Shown here one piece after another: positions 49,067 through 60,093 of a stretch of 64,000 nucleotides of DNA. Numbering within the stretch: the first letter of the stretch is position 1; each line of letters begins with the position of its first letter. Position numbers and translations under genes: made by a program. The stretch lies in the NCBI RefSeq assembly GCF_024236215.1, contig NZ_JACKKX010000004.1. The stretch is one strand, 5' to 3'. This DNA comes from Novosphingobium sp. Its GTDB lineage: Bacteria; Pseudomonadota; Alphaproteobacteria; Sphingomonadales; Sphingomonadaceae. Below the pieces are notes generated by a model. That model was not told where the DNA came from, made no database searches, and worked only from the letters and a program-made list of their open reading frames with translations.

Positions 49067-49674
49067 TGCATCCCAATCCCGCCTTTCGCCGGCCCGATCG
49101 CGCGCTGCTGGAAACGCTGATCGAGGAAATCGGCTTCGGGATGGTTTTCGCCGCCACCCCCGATGGGCCGCGCGTGGGCCATGTCGCGCTGCACTGGACC
49201 CGCGACGGGGCGCTGCAATTCCACCTCGCGCGTGGAAATGCGCTGACCAGGCACCTTGATGGCGTAACCGCGCTGGTGGTGATCAACGGACCCGATGGTT
49301 ACGTCTCGCCGCGCTGGTATGGCGATGGGGGAGCGGAGCAGGTACCGACCTGGAACTACGTTGCGCTTGAACTTGAAGGGCGGGTGCGGCGGATGGACAG
49401 CGAGGGCCTGCTGGGGCTGCTGACCGACCTTTCCGACACGCGCGAGGGGCGGATCGCCGAAGGCAAGCCCTGGACCATGGACAAGCTGCCCGAAGCCAGG
49501 CTGCGCGGCCTGATGGCCGGGATCGTCGGCTTCGAGATGGAGGTCCAGGCCTGGCGCGAGACCATCAAGCTCAGCCAGAACAAGGATTCCGCCGAGCGCG
49601 AACGGCTCGCCGCCGGGCTGGAAGGCGAAGGCGCCGTTGCCATCGCCCACATGATGCGGAGCCTGGGCGAATGA
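49066..49674 (+). CDS. FMN-binding negative transcriptional regulator (PaiB family)
   Basis: MHPNPAFR...VPTWNY..KLSQNK is the typical PaiB pattern. The start overlaps the rluC stop. Confidence 0.75.
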   Translation: MHPNPAFRRPDRALLETLIEEIGFGMVFAATPDGPRVGHVALHWTRDGALQFHLARGNALTRHLDGVTALVVINGPDGYVSPRWYGDGGAEQVPTWNYVALELEGRVRRMDSEGLLGLLTDLSDTREGRIAEGKPWTMDKLPEARLRGLMAGIVGFEMEVQAWRETIKLSQNKDSAERERLAAGLEGEGAVAIAHMMRSLGE

Positions 49675-50324
49675 GCGTGAAGCTGGCCCTGTTCGATTGC
49701 GACGGCACGCTGGTCAATGGTCAGGCGGGGGTAGTCGGCGCGATGGACGCGGCCTTTGCCGCCTGCGGTCTGCCACTGCCCGACCGGCACCAGGTGCGCC
49801 GCCTGGTCGGCCTCAGCCTGCCCCAGGCGATCGCTCTGCTGCTGCCTGGCACCGAGGAAGATCTGCGCCGCGAGGTCGATGCCTGTTACCGCGAGGCGTT
49901 CCGCTCCGCGCGGAAAAACGGCGCGCTGGTCGAACCGCTTTACGAGGGCATGCGCGAGGCTCTGCTGGCGCTGCGCGATGCGGGATGGACGCTGGGCGTT
50001 GCCACCGGCAAGGCGCGGCGCGGGCTCGATCACTGCCTTGCCACACACGAGCTGAGCGGGCTTTTCGCCACGCTCCAGACCGCCGATGGTCATCCCTCGA
50101 AGCCGCACCCCTCGATGATCGAGGCGGCACTGGCCGAGACGCTGGCACTGGCCCAGGACACGGTAATGATCGGCGATACCCAGTACGATATCGAAATGGC
50201 GGTCAATGCCGGGGTCCGCGCGATCGGGGTGGATTGGGGCTATCACACCCCGGACGAGCTGCGCGCCGCCGGGGCCGAAGCCGTTGCCACGGCGCCGCTG
50301 CACTTGGTGGAACTGCTGCGATGA
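49671..50324 (+). CDS. HAD-superfamily hydrolase (phosphoglycolate-phosphatase-like)
   Basis: It has the DxDGT motif in LFDCDGTLV and GDTQYDIEMA as motif IV. Confidence 0.8.
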   Translation: MSVKLALFDCDGTLVNGQAGVVGAMDAAFAACGLPLPDRHQVRRLVGLSLPQAIALLLPGTEEDLRREVDACYREAFRSARKNGALVEPLYEGMREALLALRDAGWTLGVATGKARRGLDHCLATHELSGLFATLQTADGHPSKPHPSMIEAALAETLALAQDTVMIGDTQYDIEMAVNAGVRAIGVDWGYHTPDELRAAGAEAVATAPLHLVELLR

Positions 50325-50533
50325 GCGATGACAATCTGGCCCGGCAGCGCTTTTTCGCGTTGACGATCATGCGGCTGGCCGGGGCGATCACCGCCGCGAT
50401 CGGGCTGATGGTGCTGGCTGGCAAACTCGATCTGCCCAAAGAGATCGGCCTGCCCTTCGTGGTGGTGGGGGTGGCCGTGTTCCTGATCGTGCCGCTGTGG
50501 CTGGCTCGGCGCTGGAAGAGCCCGCGCGAATGA
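50321..50533 (+). CDS. small (70 aa) two-TM membrane protein, translationally coupled on both sides
   Basis: The ATG at 50321 overlaps the HAD stop (ATGA), and the stop overlaps the ATP12 ATG (ATGA). The product reads MSDDNLARQRFFALTIMRLAGAITAAIGLMVLAGKLDLPKEIGLPFVVVGVAVFLIVPLWLARRWKSPRE. Confidence 0.5.
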   Translation: MSDDNLARQRFFALTIMRLAGAITAAIGLMVLAGKLDLPKEIGLPFVVVGVAVFLIVPLWLARRWKSPRE

Positions 50534-51219
50534 AGCGATTCTACACGAATGCAGACGTCGCCGCGCATGGCGCGCTGTGGCAGGTCACGCTCGACGGGCG
50601 CGGGGTCAAGACCCAGGGCGGGCACCCTCAGCTCGTCCCGACAGCGGCGCTCGCCCGGCGGCTTGCGGCGGAATGGGATTGCCAGGGCGAGGAAATCGAC
50701 CCGGCGGGCTTCGTGCTGCGCGACATGGCCGATCACGCGATCGACGTTGTTGCCCCGGCCCCCGCCGAAGCCATCGCTACCCTGCTGCGTTACGCCGAAA
50801 CCGACACCCTGTGCTACCGCGCCGAACCCGACGAGCCGCTCACCGCGCGCCAGGACGAAGTATGGGAGCCGCTGCTGGGGGCTGCCGAAGCACGCTACGA
50901 CATCCATTTCGAGCGGATCGGCGGGGTGATCCATCGCCCCCAGCCCGCCCCCACTCTGGCGCGGCTTGAAGCAGTGCTGGCCGCCAAGGATCCCTTCGCC
51001 CTTGCCGCACTGACCACGCTGACCACGCTGGCCGCCTCGCTGGTGGTGGGACTCGCCGCGCTGGAGCCGGGCGCCGATGCGCAGGCGTTGTGGGATGCCG
51101 CCAATCTTGAGGAAGACTGGCAGGCAGAACTGTGGGGCAAGGACAGCGAAGCCGAAGCGCGCCGAGCGCGGCGGCTGGCGGCGTTCACGGCGGCGATGGA
51201 GTTTGCGGCGGCGGCCTGA
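50530..51219 (+). CDS. ATP12-family F1-ATPase assembly chaperone
   Basis: MKRFYTNADV...WQVTLDGRGVKTQGG..L.VPT.ALA..LAAEWD is the typical ATP12 N-terminus. Confidence 0.8.
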   Translation: MKRFYTNADVAAHGALWQVTLDGRGVKTQGGHPQLVPTAALARRLAAEWDCQGEEIDPAGFVLRDMADHAIDVVAPAPAEAIATLLRYAETDTLCYRAEPDEPLTARQDEVWEPLLGAAEARYDIHFERIGGVIHRPQPAPTLARLEAVLAAKDPFALAALTTLTTLAASLVVGLAALEPGADAQALWDAANLEEDWQAELWGKDSEAEARRARRLAAFTAAMEFAAAA

Positions 51220-51247
51220 TCGTGATCGCGCCAGGCAAACCCCGCTC

Positions 51248-51874
51248 CTATCCCCCCATCCAGTCCGCAACTTGCCTCGCGACATCGTTGGCGGCGCGGT
51301 TGAGCGCGGGGCCGATCTGTTCGGCCTTGCCGCCCACGCCGGGCACCACGGCCTCAAAGCGGCGGGTGATGATTTGCCCTTCCGGGCCGGACCGCAGCGC
51401 ATCGAAACGCACCACCACTGCCTGGCCCGCCACATCGTAGCTCATCTCGGAAAGTCGCCCGGAAAGGCGAATCCCCGGCGCGCCGGCTGACTGGCCTTCT
51501 TCCAAGACCGGGCGCGCGCCGCGTGCGCGCAGGGTATCGGCCAACAGGCGGGCAAACAGCCGCGCCGGACGTTCGACCCAGGCGGCATCGGTCAGGTAGG
51601 CAACCTGCCCACCCCCCATCAGCACCGGAACCCGGTTTACCGCCAGGCGCTGGTCGGCCTCGGGTTCAAGCACCAGCACCGCATCGCCCACCTTGCCGCT
51701 GGCGGTCGCCCCGGCCGGGGCGCTTTCAGCGGCGCTGAGCGAAAGCAGCATGGCCGGCGGCTTGCCCCCGCCTCCCAAGCTGACGCAGGCGCCGAGGGCC
51801 AGGGCCAGCGCCATGCCCAGTGCGCTGCGGACTATTGCTTTGCGGCCAGTCACGGTGCCCCCCTTCGTCATCAT
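51248..51874 (-). CDS. ABC-type transport auxiliary lipoprotein (PqiC/YmbA-like)
   Basis: It has the lipobox LALALGAC. It lies immediately downstream of the MCE gene, with an overlapping start and stop. Confidence 0.65.
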   Translation of the reverse strand: MMTKGGTVTGRKAIVRSALGMALALALGACVSLGGGGKPPAMLLSLSAAESAPAGATASGKVGDAVLVLEPEADQRLAVNRVPVLMGGGQVAYLTDAAWVERPARLFARLLADTLRARGARPVLEEGQSAGAPGIRLSGRLSEMSYDVAGQAVVVRFDALRSGPEGQIITRRFEAVVPGVGGKAEQIGPALNRAANDVARQVADWMGG

Positions 51875-52809
51875 GGCTTGTAGTCCGGCAGCTTCTGCCC
51901 GCCCAGCAGCGATCCGGCACCTTCGTTGTTGAGCCGGTCGGTCAGGTCGCGCAGCGAACGGGTGGTGGCGCGCAGATCGCGGATCGCCGCTTCGGCCTCG
52001 GGAATGGTGTTGTCGGACAGCTGGCGCATCCCCGGGCGGCTGTCATGCAGCAGGCCCTGTAGCTCGTCCGAGGTGCCCTCAAGCGACTTTAGCGAGGCGC
52101 GCAGCTGGCGGATCAGGTCCTTGCCCTCGGTATTGACCAGCTGGTCGGTGTTGCTGGCAGCACGGTCGAACGAGGCCAGCGCCTGACGCGCCTGGACCAC
52201 GGTCTCATCGAGATCGGCCAGCACCTTCTGCACCTGCGGCGAGGCATCGGCGAGCTGCCTGCTCAGCCGGTCGGTATTGGCGAGGATGTTCTCGATCGAT
52301 TTCTGGTTCTTGTCGGAGAAGACCGTGGTCAGCCGCTCGGTCAGCGTGGCGAGCCGTTCGAGCAGCACCGGCGCCGAATTGAGCAGTTCACCCAACCCGC
52401 CGCGCTTGGTCGGGATCACCGGCACGCCTTCGGGGCCTTTCTCCGCGATCGGCGGAGCGCCGCGGGTCGCGCCTTCAAGCTGGATGTTCGAGCTTCCGGT
52501 GAAGCTGCCCTGCATGGTCGCGGTGGTACCGATCAAGATCGGCACGTCGTCTTTCACCGAGATTCGCACCCGCACGAAGCCGGGGTCTTTCTTCCACAGC
52601 TCGATCTCCTCGACCTGCCCCACAGGCACCCCGGAAAAGGTTACCGAGGAACCCTTGGACAGGCCATCGACCGATTGCTTGAAGAAAATGTCGTAGGAAT
52701 GCTGCTGCCCTTCGCCCAGCCGCGCGATCCAGATCACGAAGGCCGCCAGCACCGCCAGCAGCCCCAGCGTGACCGCACCCACCCAGACGTTTTTGGCACT
52801 GGTTTCCAT
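51871..52809 (-). CDS. MCE-family (MlaD-like) substrate-binding protein
   Basis: It has an N-terminal TM segment and the MCE domain (SVDGLSKGSSVTFSGVPVGQVEEI), followed by a helical C-terminal region. Confidence 0.8.
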   Translation of the reverse strand: METSAKNVWVGAVTLGLLAVLAAFVIWIARLGEGQQHSYDIFFKQSVDGLSKGSSVTFSGVPVGQVEEIELWKKDPGFVRVRISVKDDVPILIGTTATMQGSFTGSSNIQLEGATRGAPPIAEKGPEGVPVIPTKRGGLGELLNSAPVLLERLATLTERLTTVFSDKNQKSIENILANTDRLSRQLADASPQVQKVLADLDETVVQARQALASFDRAASNTDQLVNTEGKDLIRQLRASLKSLEGTSDELQGLLHDSRPGMRQLSDNTIPEAEAAIRDLRATTRSLRDLTDRLNNEGAGSLLGGQKLPDYKP

Positions 52810-52818
52810 CGCCCCGCC

Positions 52819-53643
52819 TTATGCCCCTCTGCCCTGCGGCTTGTCCATCGCCTTGGCGCGGTGGCTCGCTGCCTCGGCCGCGCGCCCGCGCGGACCGTTG
52901 AAGTATTCCTGAATCCAGGGATGATCGATTGTCAGCAGTTCGGGGATCGTGCCCACCGCGATCACCCGCTTGTCTGCGATCACCGCCACCCGGTCGCAAA
53001 TCTCGTGCAAGGTATCGAGATCGTGGGTGATGAGGAACACGGTCAGCCCCAGGGTATCCTGCAATTCGCCGGTCAAGGCATCGAAGGCAGCGGCGCCGAT
53101 CGGATCGAGCCCGGCGGTGGGCTCGTCAAGGAACAGCAGCTCTGGATCGAGCGCCAGCGCGCGTGCCAGCCCGGCACGTTTCTTCATCCCGCCCGAAAGC
53201 TCCGAAGGAAACTTGTCCGCCGCCTCGGCCGGAAGGCCCGAGAGCATCACCTTGTAGCGCGCGATCTCGCGGCGCAGGGCATCGCCGATCTCGGGGTAGA
53301 ACTTGCGCAGCGGCACTTCGACATTCTCAGCCACGGTGAGGGTGGAAAACAGCGCCCCGCCCTGGAAAAGCACGCCCCAGCGGCTGCGCACGTCGATATC
53401 GCCGTGGGGCAGGCCGTGGGTCATTTCCTGGCCGAACACCTTGATCGATCCGGCGCGCGGCTGCTGCAACCCGATGATCGAGCGCATCAGCACCGACTTG
53501 CCGGCCCCCGATCCGCCCACAACCCCGATGATCTCGCCCCGCCGCACTTTCAGCGACAGGCCCTCGTGGATCACATGCTCGCCAAAGGCGTTGCACAGAT
53601 CCTCGACCACGATCGGGAATTCGCTGTCGGCCCCTTCCCTCAT
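52819..53643 (-). CDS. ABC transporter ATP-binding protein (MlaF-like)
   Basis: It has Walker A GGSGAGKSV, the signature LSGGMKKR and Walker B LLFLDEPTAGLD. Confidence 0.9.
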   Translation of the reverse strand: MREGADSEFPIVVEDLCNAFGEHVIHEGLSLKVRRGEIIGVVGGSGAGKSVLMRSIIGLQQPRAGSIKVFGQEMTHGLPHGDIDVRSRWGVLFQGGALFSTLTVAENVEVPLRKFYPEIGDALRREIARYKVMLSGLPAEAADKFPSELSGGMKKRAGLARALALDPELLFLDEPTAGLDPIGAAAFDALTGELQDTLGLTVFLITHDLDTLHEICDRVAVIADKRVIAVGTIPELLTIDHPWIQEYFNGPRGRAAEAASHRAKAMDKPQGRGA

Positions 53644-54752
53644 CCCCAGCCGATCTCGGTGAAGAACACGGCGAAGAAGGCATCGAGCACGATCACCGCG
53701 AAAATCGCCTGAACCACCGCGATGGTGGTGCGCAGACCCACTTCCTCGGAATTGCCCTTGACCTGCATCCCCTGATAGCAGCCCGCCATCGCGACGATGA
53801 AGCCGAAGAACGGCCCCTTGACCAGCCCCACCCAGACATCGTGCATCGGAACCACATCGCGCACCCGGGTGAGAAAGGCCATGAAGGGAATATCGAGCGT
53901 GATGGTCGAGATAAAGGCCCCGCCGATGATCGCGATCACCGCCGAATAGAACCCCAACAGCGGCATCATCAGTACCGAGGCCAGCACGCGCGGCACCACC
54001 AGCGCTTCCATCGGCGAAACCCCGATGGTGCGCATGGCGTCGATTTCCTCGGTCAGCTTCATCGTCCCGATCTGCGCGGCGAAGGACGAGCCCGAACGGC
54101 CCGCGAACATGATCGCGGTCATCAGGATGCCCAGCTCGCGCAGCGAGATGCGGCCCGTAAGGTTGACGGTCAGCTCACCAAAGCCAAGATCCTCCAGCTG
54201 TACCGCGCCCTGCTGGGCGATCACGATCCCGACCAGAAAGCTCATCAGCCCGATGATCGGCAGCGCCGAAACCCCGGTCAGCTCAAGCTGGCGGACCAGC
54301 GCGATCACCCGAAGCGGGGAGCGCCCGCGCAGGATCGTCCAAAGCGAGACCAGCAGGGCACCGTAGAACTCAAGGATGCCCACCCCGCCCCTGGCGAAGC
54401 GGTCAACCTGCGCACCGACTTCCTCGAGCGCCTTGCGACCCAGCGGCTGCGGCGGGGGCGCTGCCGCCCCGTTATCGCGCATCGGGCGCAGCGCATCGAT
54501 CAGGCGCCGGGCACGGGCGTCCGCACCCTTGATCGTGGCCCCGTGATCGCGCGCCAGCCGCCAGACGATCCAGGCGCCGACGGTATCGATCTCGGGCACG
54601 GCGGAAAGGTCGATGCTCGCCACCGGCGCTTCAAGGCCGCGCAGCCGGTCATCGAGCGGGCCGACCGAGGACACCTCGAGCGGGCCGCTGAACGCCAGAT
54701 GCAGCGCGCCCTCGGCATCTTCCTCGGCGGTAAAGTCGGCCCATTCGCGCAT
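53640..54752 (-). CDS. MlaE-family ABC permease with an N-terminal STAS-like domain
   Basis: The permease core is recognisable ([16 protein letters not shown]). The start is uncertain: 54752 (MREWADF) or 54803. The longer track ORF would run into valS. Confidence 0.75.
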   Translation of the reverse strand: MREWADFTAEEDAEGALHLAFSGPLEVSSVGPLDDRLRGLEAPVASIDLSAVPEIDTVGAWIVWRLARDHGATIKGADARARRLIDALRPMRDNGAAAPPPQPLGRKALEEVGAQVDRFARGGVGILEFYGALLVSLWTILRGRSPLRVIALVRQLELTGVSALPIIGLMSFLVGIVIAQQGAVQLEDLGFGELTVNLTGRISLRELGILMTAIMFAGRSGSSFAAQIGTMKLTEEIDAMRTIGVSPMEALVVPRVLASVLMMPLLGFYSAVIAIIGGAFISTITLDIPFMAFLTRVRDVVPMHDVWVGLVKGPFFGFIVAMAGCYQGMQVKGNSEEVGLRTTIAVVQAIFAVIVLDAFFAVFFTEIGWG

Positions 54753-54831
54753 CGCGGCCCAGCTTGTGCGGGAAAATCGCCGTCGCGACAAGCTTGCCAG
54801 CATGGCGGGGCGCTGGCAAAGGCCGCCAACG

Positions 54832-57588
54832 ATGACCGAAACCGCTCTCGACAAGACTTTCGACCCCGCCGCGATCGAGGCGAAGTGGTACGAACACTGG
54901 GAATCGAACGGCCTGTTCCGCCCGGACCGGCCCGATGCGCAGCCCTTCACCATCGTCAACCCGCCGCCCAATGTTACCGGCAGCCTGCATATCGGCCACG
55001 CGCTCGACAACACGCTGCAGGACGTGGTGGTCCGCTACGAACGGCTGCGCGGCAAGGATGCGCTGTGGGTGGTGGGCACCGACCACGCCGGGATCGCCAC
55101 CCAGATGGTGGTCGAGCGTCAGCTGGAAGAGCGGCAGGACAAGCGCACCAATTACAGCCGCGAGGATTTCATCGCCAAGGTGTGGGAATGGAAGGCCGAA
55201 AGCGGCGGCACCATCACCCGCCAGCTGCGCCGCCTGGGCTGCTCGATGGACTGGTCGCGCGAACAGTTCACCATGGACCCGCACTTCACCAAGGCGGTGG
55301 TGAAGGTGTTCGTCGATCTCTACAACACTGTCCTGCCAGACGGGACGCGCATAATTTATCGCGACAAGCGGCTGGTCAACTGGGACCCCAAGCTCAAGAC
55401 CGCGATTTCCGACCTTGAGGTGGAGACCCGCGAGGTCAAGGGCCACTTCTGGCGCTTTCGCTATCCCTTCGCCGATGGATCGGGCCACGTCGAGGTGGCG
55501 ACCACCCGGCCCGAAACCATGCTGGCCGACATGGCCGTGGCGGTGAACCCCGAGGACGAACGCTACAAGGCGGTAATCGGCAAGGAAATCCTCCAGCCGA
55601 TCACCGGGCGGCTGTTCAGGGTGGTGGCCGACGAACACGCCGATCCCGCGCTGGGCAGCGGCGTGGTCAAGATCACTCCGGGGCACGATTTCAACGACTT
55701 CGAAGTCGGCAAGCGCGCCGGGATCAAACCGGCTGAGATGCTCAACATGTTCGATGCCGAAGCCCGGGTAGTGCAGACCGCCGACGGGCTGGTGCCGGAC
55801 GAATTCGTCGGGCTTGACCGCTTCGTCGCCCGCGAGCGCGTGGTGGCGCGGATGAAGGAGCTGGGCTTCCTGATCCCCCACGTCACCAAGGACAAGGACG
55901 GCGAAGAGCAGCCGCACGACGCCGAACCACGCACGATCCAGCAGCCCTATGGCGATCGCGGCGGCGTGCCGATCGAACCCTGGCTGACCGACCAGTGGTA
56001 TGTGAACGCCGAAGTCCTCGCCAAGGCGCCGCTCGAAGCGGTGCGCTCCGGCGCGGTGGAGATCGTGCCCAAGAGCTGGGAAAAGACCTTCTTCAACTGG
56101 ATGGAAAACATCCAGCCGTGGTGTGTCAGCCGCCAGCTGTGGTGGGGGCACCGAATTCCGGCGTGGTATGCCGAAGACGGTTCGGTGTTCGTCGCCGAAA
56201 CCGAAGAGGCGGCGCAGACGCTGGCCGGCGGCAAGCCGCTGACCCGTGACAATGACGTCCTCGACACCTGGTTCTCCAGCGCCCTGTGGCCCTTCGCCAC
56301 GCTCGGCTGGCCGGAGGACGACGCGCTCCTCGCCAAGCACTACCCCAACGACCTCCTCATCTCGGGCTTCGACATCCTGTTCTTCTGGGATGCGCGAATG
56401 ATGATGATGGGCCAGGCGATGACCGGGCAGAACCCGTGGAAGCGGCTCTACCTGCATGGGCTGGTGCGCGCGGCGGACGGGCAGAAGATGTCCAAGTCCA
56501 AGGGCAACGTGGTCGATCCGCTCGGGCTGATCGACAAGTACGGCGCCGATGCGCTGCGCTTTTTCATGTGCGCCATGGAAAGCCAGGGCCGCGACGTGAA
56601 GATGGATGAGCGCCGGGTGGAAGGGTATCGCAACTTCGCCACCAAGCTGTGGAACGCGGCGCGCTTCTGCCAGAGCAATGGAATTGCTGCATCTTCTTCG
56701 CTTGCGGCACCTGCAGCAAAGAGTGCGGTAAACCGCTGGATTATCGGCGAAGTTGTCGAAACCCTGGCCGAGCTGGACAAGGCCATGGCCGAGCTGCGTT
56801 TCGACGCTGCGGCCAATGCGATCTACCACTTCGTCTGGGACCAGTTCTGCGATTGGTACATCGAGCTTATCAAGGGTTCGTTCGACGAAGAAACCCGCGC
56901 CGTGGCCGGCTGGGTGCTCGACCAGATCCTGGTGATGCTCCACCCGTTCATGCCCTTCGTTACCGAAGAGCTGTGGTCCAAACTGGGGAACCGCGCGCAC
57001 CATCCGCTGATCACCGCGAAATGGCCCGAGCCGGGGGCGGGAGTCGATACGGCGGCGAAGGCCGAGGTGGACTGGCTGATTGAATTGATCACAACCATCC
57101 GTTCAGGACGGAACGAACTCAATGTTCCGCCGGGAGCAATCCTCACTTTGAGACTTGGCAATCAAGCCAAAGGCATTTCGCTTGAACGCATTCTCAATAA
57201 TCGAGGAACGCTCAAAAGACTGGCCAGGGTCGAGTACGGAGGATTTGGTCCGCTTGAACGAATCGATGATTTCGCCAAGCTGCATTGGGACGAACTCGCT
57301 GCCAAATACGCCGAAGAGATTTCGGCTGGCTCGCTTTATCTCACGTTGACGGACTTCGAAGGTTTCATCCCGCTCGAAGGGGTGATCGACATCGCCGCTG
57401 AAAAGGCCCGCCTCGCCAAGGCGCTCGAAGCCAGCACCAAGGAGGCCAAAAGCCTCGAAGGCCGCCTTGCCAATCCCGCCTTCACCCAAAAGGCCAAGCC
57501 AGAAGCGGTCGAAAAGGCCCGCGCCGACCATGCCGTGCACGCGGCCGAGGCCGAGCGGCTGGCCGCCGCGCTGGCGCGGCTGGGGTGA
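54832..57588 (+). CDS. valS: valine--tRNA ligase
   Basis: It has the HIGH motif (GSLHIGHAL), KMSKS (QKMSKSKGN) and a C-terminal coiled coil. I chose the [12 protein letters not shown] start at 54832. Confidence 0.95.
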   Translation: MTETALDKTFDPAAIEAKWYEHWESNGLFRPDRPDAQPFTIVNPPPNVTGSLHIGHALDNTLQDVVVRYERLRGKDALWVVGTDHAGIATQMVVERQLEERQDKRTNYSREDFIAKVWEWKAESGGTITRQLRRLGCSMDWSREQFTMDPHFTKAVVKVFVDLYNTVLPDGTRIIYRDKRLVNWDPKLKTAISDLEVETREVKGHFWRFRYPFADGSGHVEVATTRPETMLADMAVAVNPEDERYKAVIGKEILQPITGRLFRVVADEHADPALGSGVVKITPGHDFNDFEVGKRAGIKPAEMLNMFDAEARVVQTADGLVPDEFVGLDRFVARERVVARMKELGFLIPHVTKDKDGEEQPHDAEPRTIQQPYGDRGGVPIEPWLTDQWYVNAEVLAKAPLEAVRSGAVEIVPKSWEKTFFNWMENIQPWCVSRQLWWGHRIPAWYAEDGSVFVAETEEAAQTLAGGKPLTRDNDVLDTWFSSALWPFATLGWPEDDALLAKHYPNDLLISGFDILFFWDARMMMMGQAMTGQNPWKRLYLHGLVRAADGQKMSKSKGNVVDPLGLIDKYGADALRFFMCAMESQGRDVKMDERRVEGYRNFATKLWNAARFCQSNGIAASSSLAAPAAKSAVNRWIIGEVVETLAELDKAMAELRFDAAANAIYHFVWDQFCDWYIELIKGSFDEETRAVAGWVLDQILVMLHPFMPFVTEELWSKLGNRAHHPLITAKWPEPGAGVDTAAKAEVDWLIELITTIRSGRNELNVPPGAILTLRLGNQAKGISLERILNNRGTLKRLARVEYGGFGPLERIDDFAKLHWDELAAKYAEEISAGSLYLTLTDFEGFIPLEGVIDIAAEKARLAKALEASTKEAKSLEGRLANPAFTQKAKPEAVEKARADHAVHAAEAERLAAALARLG

Positions 57589-58319
57589 CGCTTACCCTCG
57601 CCGCCACCACCCCGGGTGTGCCGGAGATCTTTGCCTCGCTGCAAGGCGAAGGGCCCTCTGCCGGACGCCCGGTTGCGTTCGTGCGGCTGTCGCGCTGCAA
57701 TCTTGCCTGCGTGTGGTGCGACACTGCCTATACCTGGCGCTTCGAGGGCGATAACCGGCCCCACCGCGATGCCGCCGCTTTCGATCGCATGGCCAACCAG
57801 GTGGTGCTGGACGAGGCGGAAGTTGCCGCGCGGATCATGGCGCTGGGGCAAGGCCGACTGGTGATCACCGGGGGCGAGCCGCTGCTACAGGGCGCGGCGC
57901 TGGCGCGGATGGTAGCGCTGCTTGAGGGCATGGAAATCGAGATCGAGACCAACGGCAGCGTCGCCCCGCATGCGGCGCTCGACCCGCTGGTTACGCAATA
58001 CAACGTAAGCCCGAAGCTGAAACATGCGGGCAATCCGCTTGAATCTTCACAGATTCCCGAACGCCTCGCCGAGTGGTCCAAGAAACCTCAAGTGTGGTTC
58101 AAGTTTGTGATTTCGGCGCCGCATGACCTTGGCGAAGTGCTGGCGCTGATCGAGACATATGGAATCGGGCGCGAGCGGGTGTTCGTGATGCCCGAAGGCA
58201 CCAGCAGCGAGGTGCTGCGCGAGCGCGAGCGCTGGCTGGCGCCGCTGGCGCTGGAGCATGGGCTAAGGCTGACCGACCGGCTGCATATCCACCTTTACGG
58301 CGATACGCGCGGTACCTGA
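57585..58319 (+). CDS. queE: 7-carboxy-7-deazaguanine synthase (radical SAM)
   Basis: It has IFASLQGEG and the cluster motif [10 protein letters not shown]. The GTG start overlaps the valS stop (GTGA). Confidence 0.85.
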   Translation: MTLTLAATTPGVPEIFASLQGEGPSAGRPVAFVRLSRCNLACVWCDTAYTWRFEGDNRPHRDAAAFDRMANQVVLDEAEVAARIMALGQGRLVITGGEPLLQGAALARMVALLEGMEIEIETNGSVAPHAALDPLVTQYNVSPKLKHAGNPLESSQIPERLAEWSKKPQVWFKFVISAPHDLGEVLALIETYGIGRERVFVMPEGTSSEVLRERERWLAPLALEHGLRLTDRLHIHLYGDTRGT

Positions 58320-58324
58320 GCGGC

Positions 58325-60019
58325 TCAGCGCCCTTGTGCGCGCCAGCGCTGGACGGTGCGCAGGACCATGTCTTCCTCGCCGCCAGAATGGCTCCACAGC
58401 TCGGTGATGCTCGGGTCGGCCGAGGCCGGGCGCTTCATTTCCTCAAGCTCGTCGAACGAGACGCGGATCGGGATCGAAACGCCCTCACCGCAGATGATGC
58501 ATTCGCGGTTCCTGAGCGCGGGGATCGAATCGAGGAAGCCGCGCGCGCCTTCGGGCATCGCTGCCTTGACGAAGGCCTGGTCGCGATCGTTGTTGAGGCG
58601 CATCGAGATGATCGTGCCGCACTGCGAAAGCACGCCTTCGGCCAGGTCCGACGGGCGCTGGGTAATCAGGCCCAGGCTGACCCCGTATTTACGGCCTTCC
58701 TTGGCAATGCGGCTGAGGATCCGGCCGACCGAGGAGCCGTCGGAGTTCTTTTCGTTTGGGACGTAGCGGTGCGCTTCTTCGCAAACCAGCAGCACCGGCC
58801 GGGTCTTCTCATCGCGCGCCCAGATCGCAAAGTCGAACACCAGGCGACTGAGCACGGCAACCACGGTGCTGGTAACGTCCGAGGGTACGCCCGAAACGTC
58901 GATGATCGAGATCGGCTTGCCGCGGCTGGGCATGCGGAAGATCTTGGCGATGAATTCGGCCATGGTATCGCCCACCAGCATGCCCGAAAACAGGAACTGG
59001 TAGCGCGGATCGGCCTTCAATTCGTCGATCTTGGTCTTGATGCGCATGTAGGGCGCGCTGCTGGTCGCCTTGTCGAGCTTGCCCATCTCGGTGGTGATGA
59101 GGTTGGTGAGATCGGACAGGAGGTAGGGGATCGGACTGTCGACCGTGATCTTGCCCATGCTCTCGGCCAGCCGGTTCTTGGCCCGCGCGGCAAGCAGGCA
59201 CTTGGAAAGGATGTCCGAATCCTCCTGCCGGTCGTTGCCGGTCGAGGTCAGGAACACTTCGCAGTGTTCCTCGAAATTCATCAACCAATAGGGCATCTGC
59301 AGGTTCGACACGTCGAAGATCATGCCGGTCTGCTTGAAGGCGGCAGAATATTCGCCGTGCGGATCGATCATCACGATGTGCCCTTCGGGGGCATGCTCGC
59401 AAATCCGGTGCAGGATCAGCGCGGCGCTGGTCGATTTGCCGGTACCGGTCGAGCCGAGCAGCGCGAAGTGCTTGCCCAGCATCGAATCGATGTAGAGCCC
59501 GGCACGGATATCCTTGGTCGGGAACACGGTGCCGACCTGGATGCTAGAGCGCCCGTCGCTGGCATAGATCTGTTTGAGATCGCTGCTGGTCGCCGGATAG
59601 ATCAGCGCGCCCGGAATCGGATAGCGGGTGACACCGCGGCGGAAGGAGTGGATGCGGCCCGTCAGGCGTTCCTCATCACCTTCGCCGAGGAAGTCGATCT
59701 GGGCCATGATCCCGCCGGGGGTCTTGGCATCCTGTCGCTGGGTACGCACCGAGGCAAGCAGCCAGCTGCGCCCAACGCGGATCTTGACCTGGCTACCAAC
59801 CTGGCCGGCCAGCGCGATAGAGGGATCCGTGTCCTCGGAGCATTCCTGCAGACGCTGAAGATCAAGCGCGATCGCCGAGCCCGAACCGGCAATCTCGAGC
59901 ACGATGCCGATCGGTTCGCGCGCATTGTCAGGCTGGACCGCGCGGGCGGCTTCGGCCGGAATGTCCGCAGCGGCAGCCGGACGCGCGGCGCCGAAACCCT
60001 TGGGACTCATGTCGTTCAT
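58325..60019 (-). CDS. HerA-like (DUF87/COG0433) P-loop ATPase
   Basis: It has an N-terminal HAS-barrel-like region, Walker A LLGSTGTGKST, Walker B LLVCEEAHRY and GLITQRPSD. The start could be 60019 or 60010. Confidence 0.75.
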   Translation of the reverse strand: MNDMSPKGFGAARPAAAADIPAEAARAVQPDNAREPIGIVLEIAGSGSAIALDLQRLQECSEDTDPSIALAGQVGSQVKIRVGRSWLLASVRTQRQDAKTPGGIMAQIDFLGEGDEERLTGRIHSFRRGVTRYPIPGALIYPATSSDLKQIYASDGRSSIQVGTVFPTKDIRAGLYIDSMLGKHFALLGSTGTGKSTSAALILHRICEHAPEGHIVMIDPHGEYSAAFKQTGMIFDVSNLQMPYWLMNFEEHCEVFLTSTGNDRQEDSDILSKCLLAARAKNRLAESMGKITVDSPIPYLLSDLTNLITTEMGKLDKATSSAPYMRIKTKIDELKADPRYQFLFSGMLVGDTMAEFIAKIFRMPSRGKPISIIDVSGVPSDVTSTVVAVLSRLVFDFAIWARDEKTRPVLLVCEEAHRYVPNEKNSDGSSVGRILSRIAKEGRKYGVSLGLITQRPSDLAEGVLSQCGTIISMRLNNDRDQAFVKAAMPEGARGFLDSIPALRNRECIICGEGVSIPIRVSFDELEEMKRPASADPSITELWSHSGGEEDMVLRTVQRWRAQGR

Positions 60020-60093
60020 CAAACCGGTTCCACCCCTTCGCGCCAGCTCCAGCGCTGGCCGAAGTTGCATAGGCTTGGGCGGTTAAGATTGGG

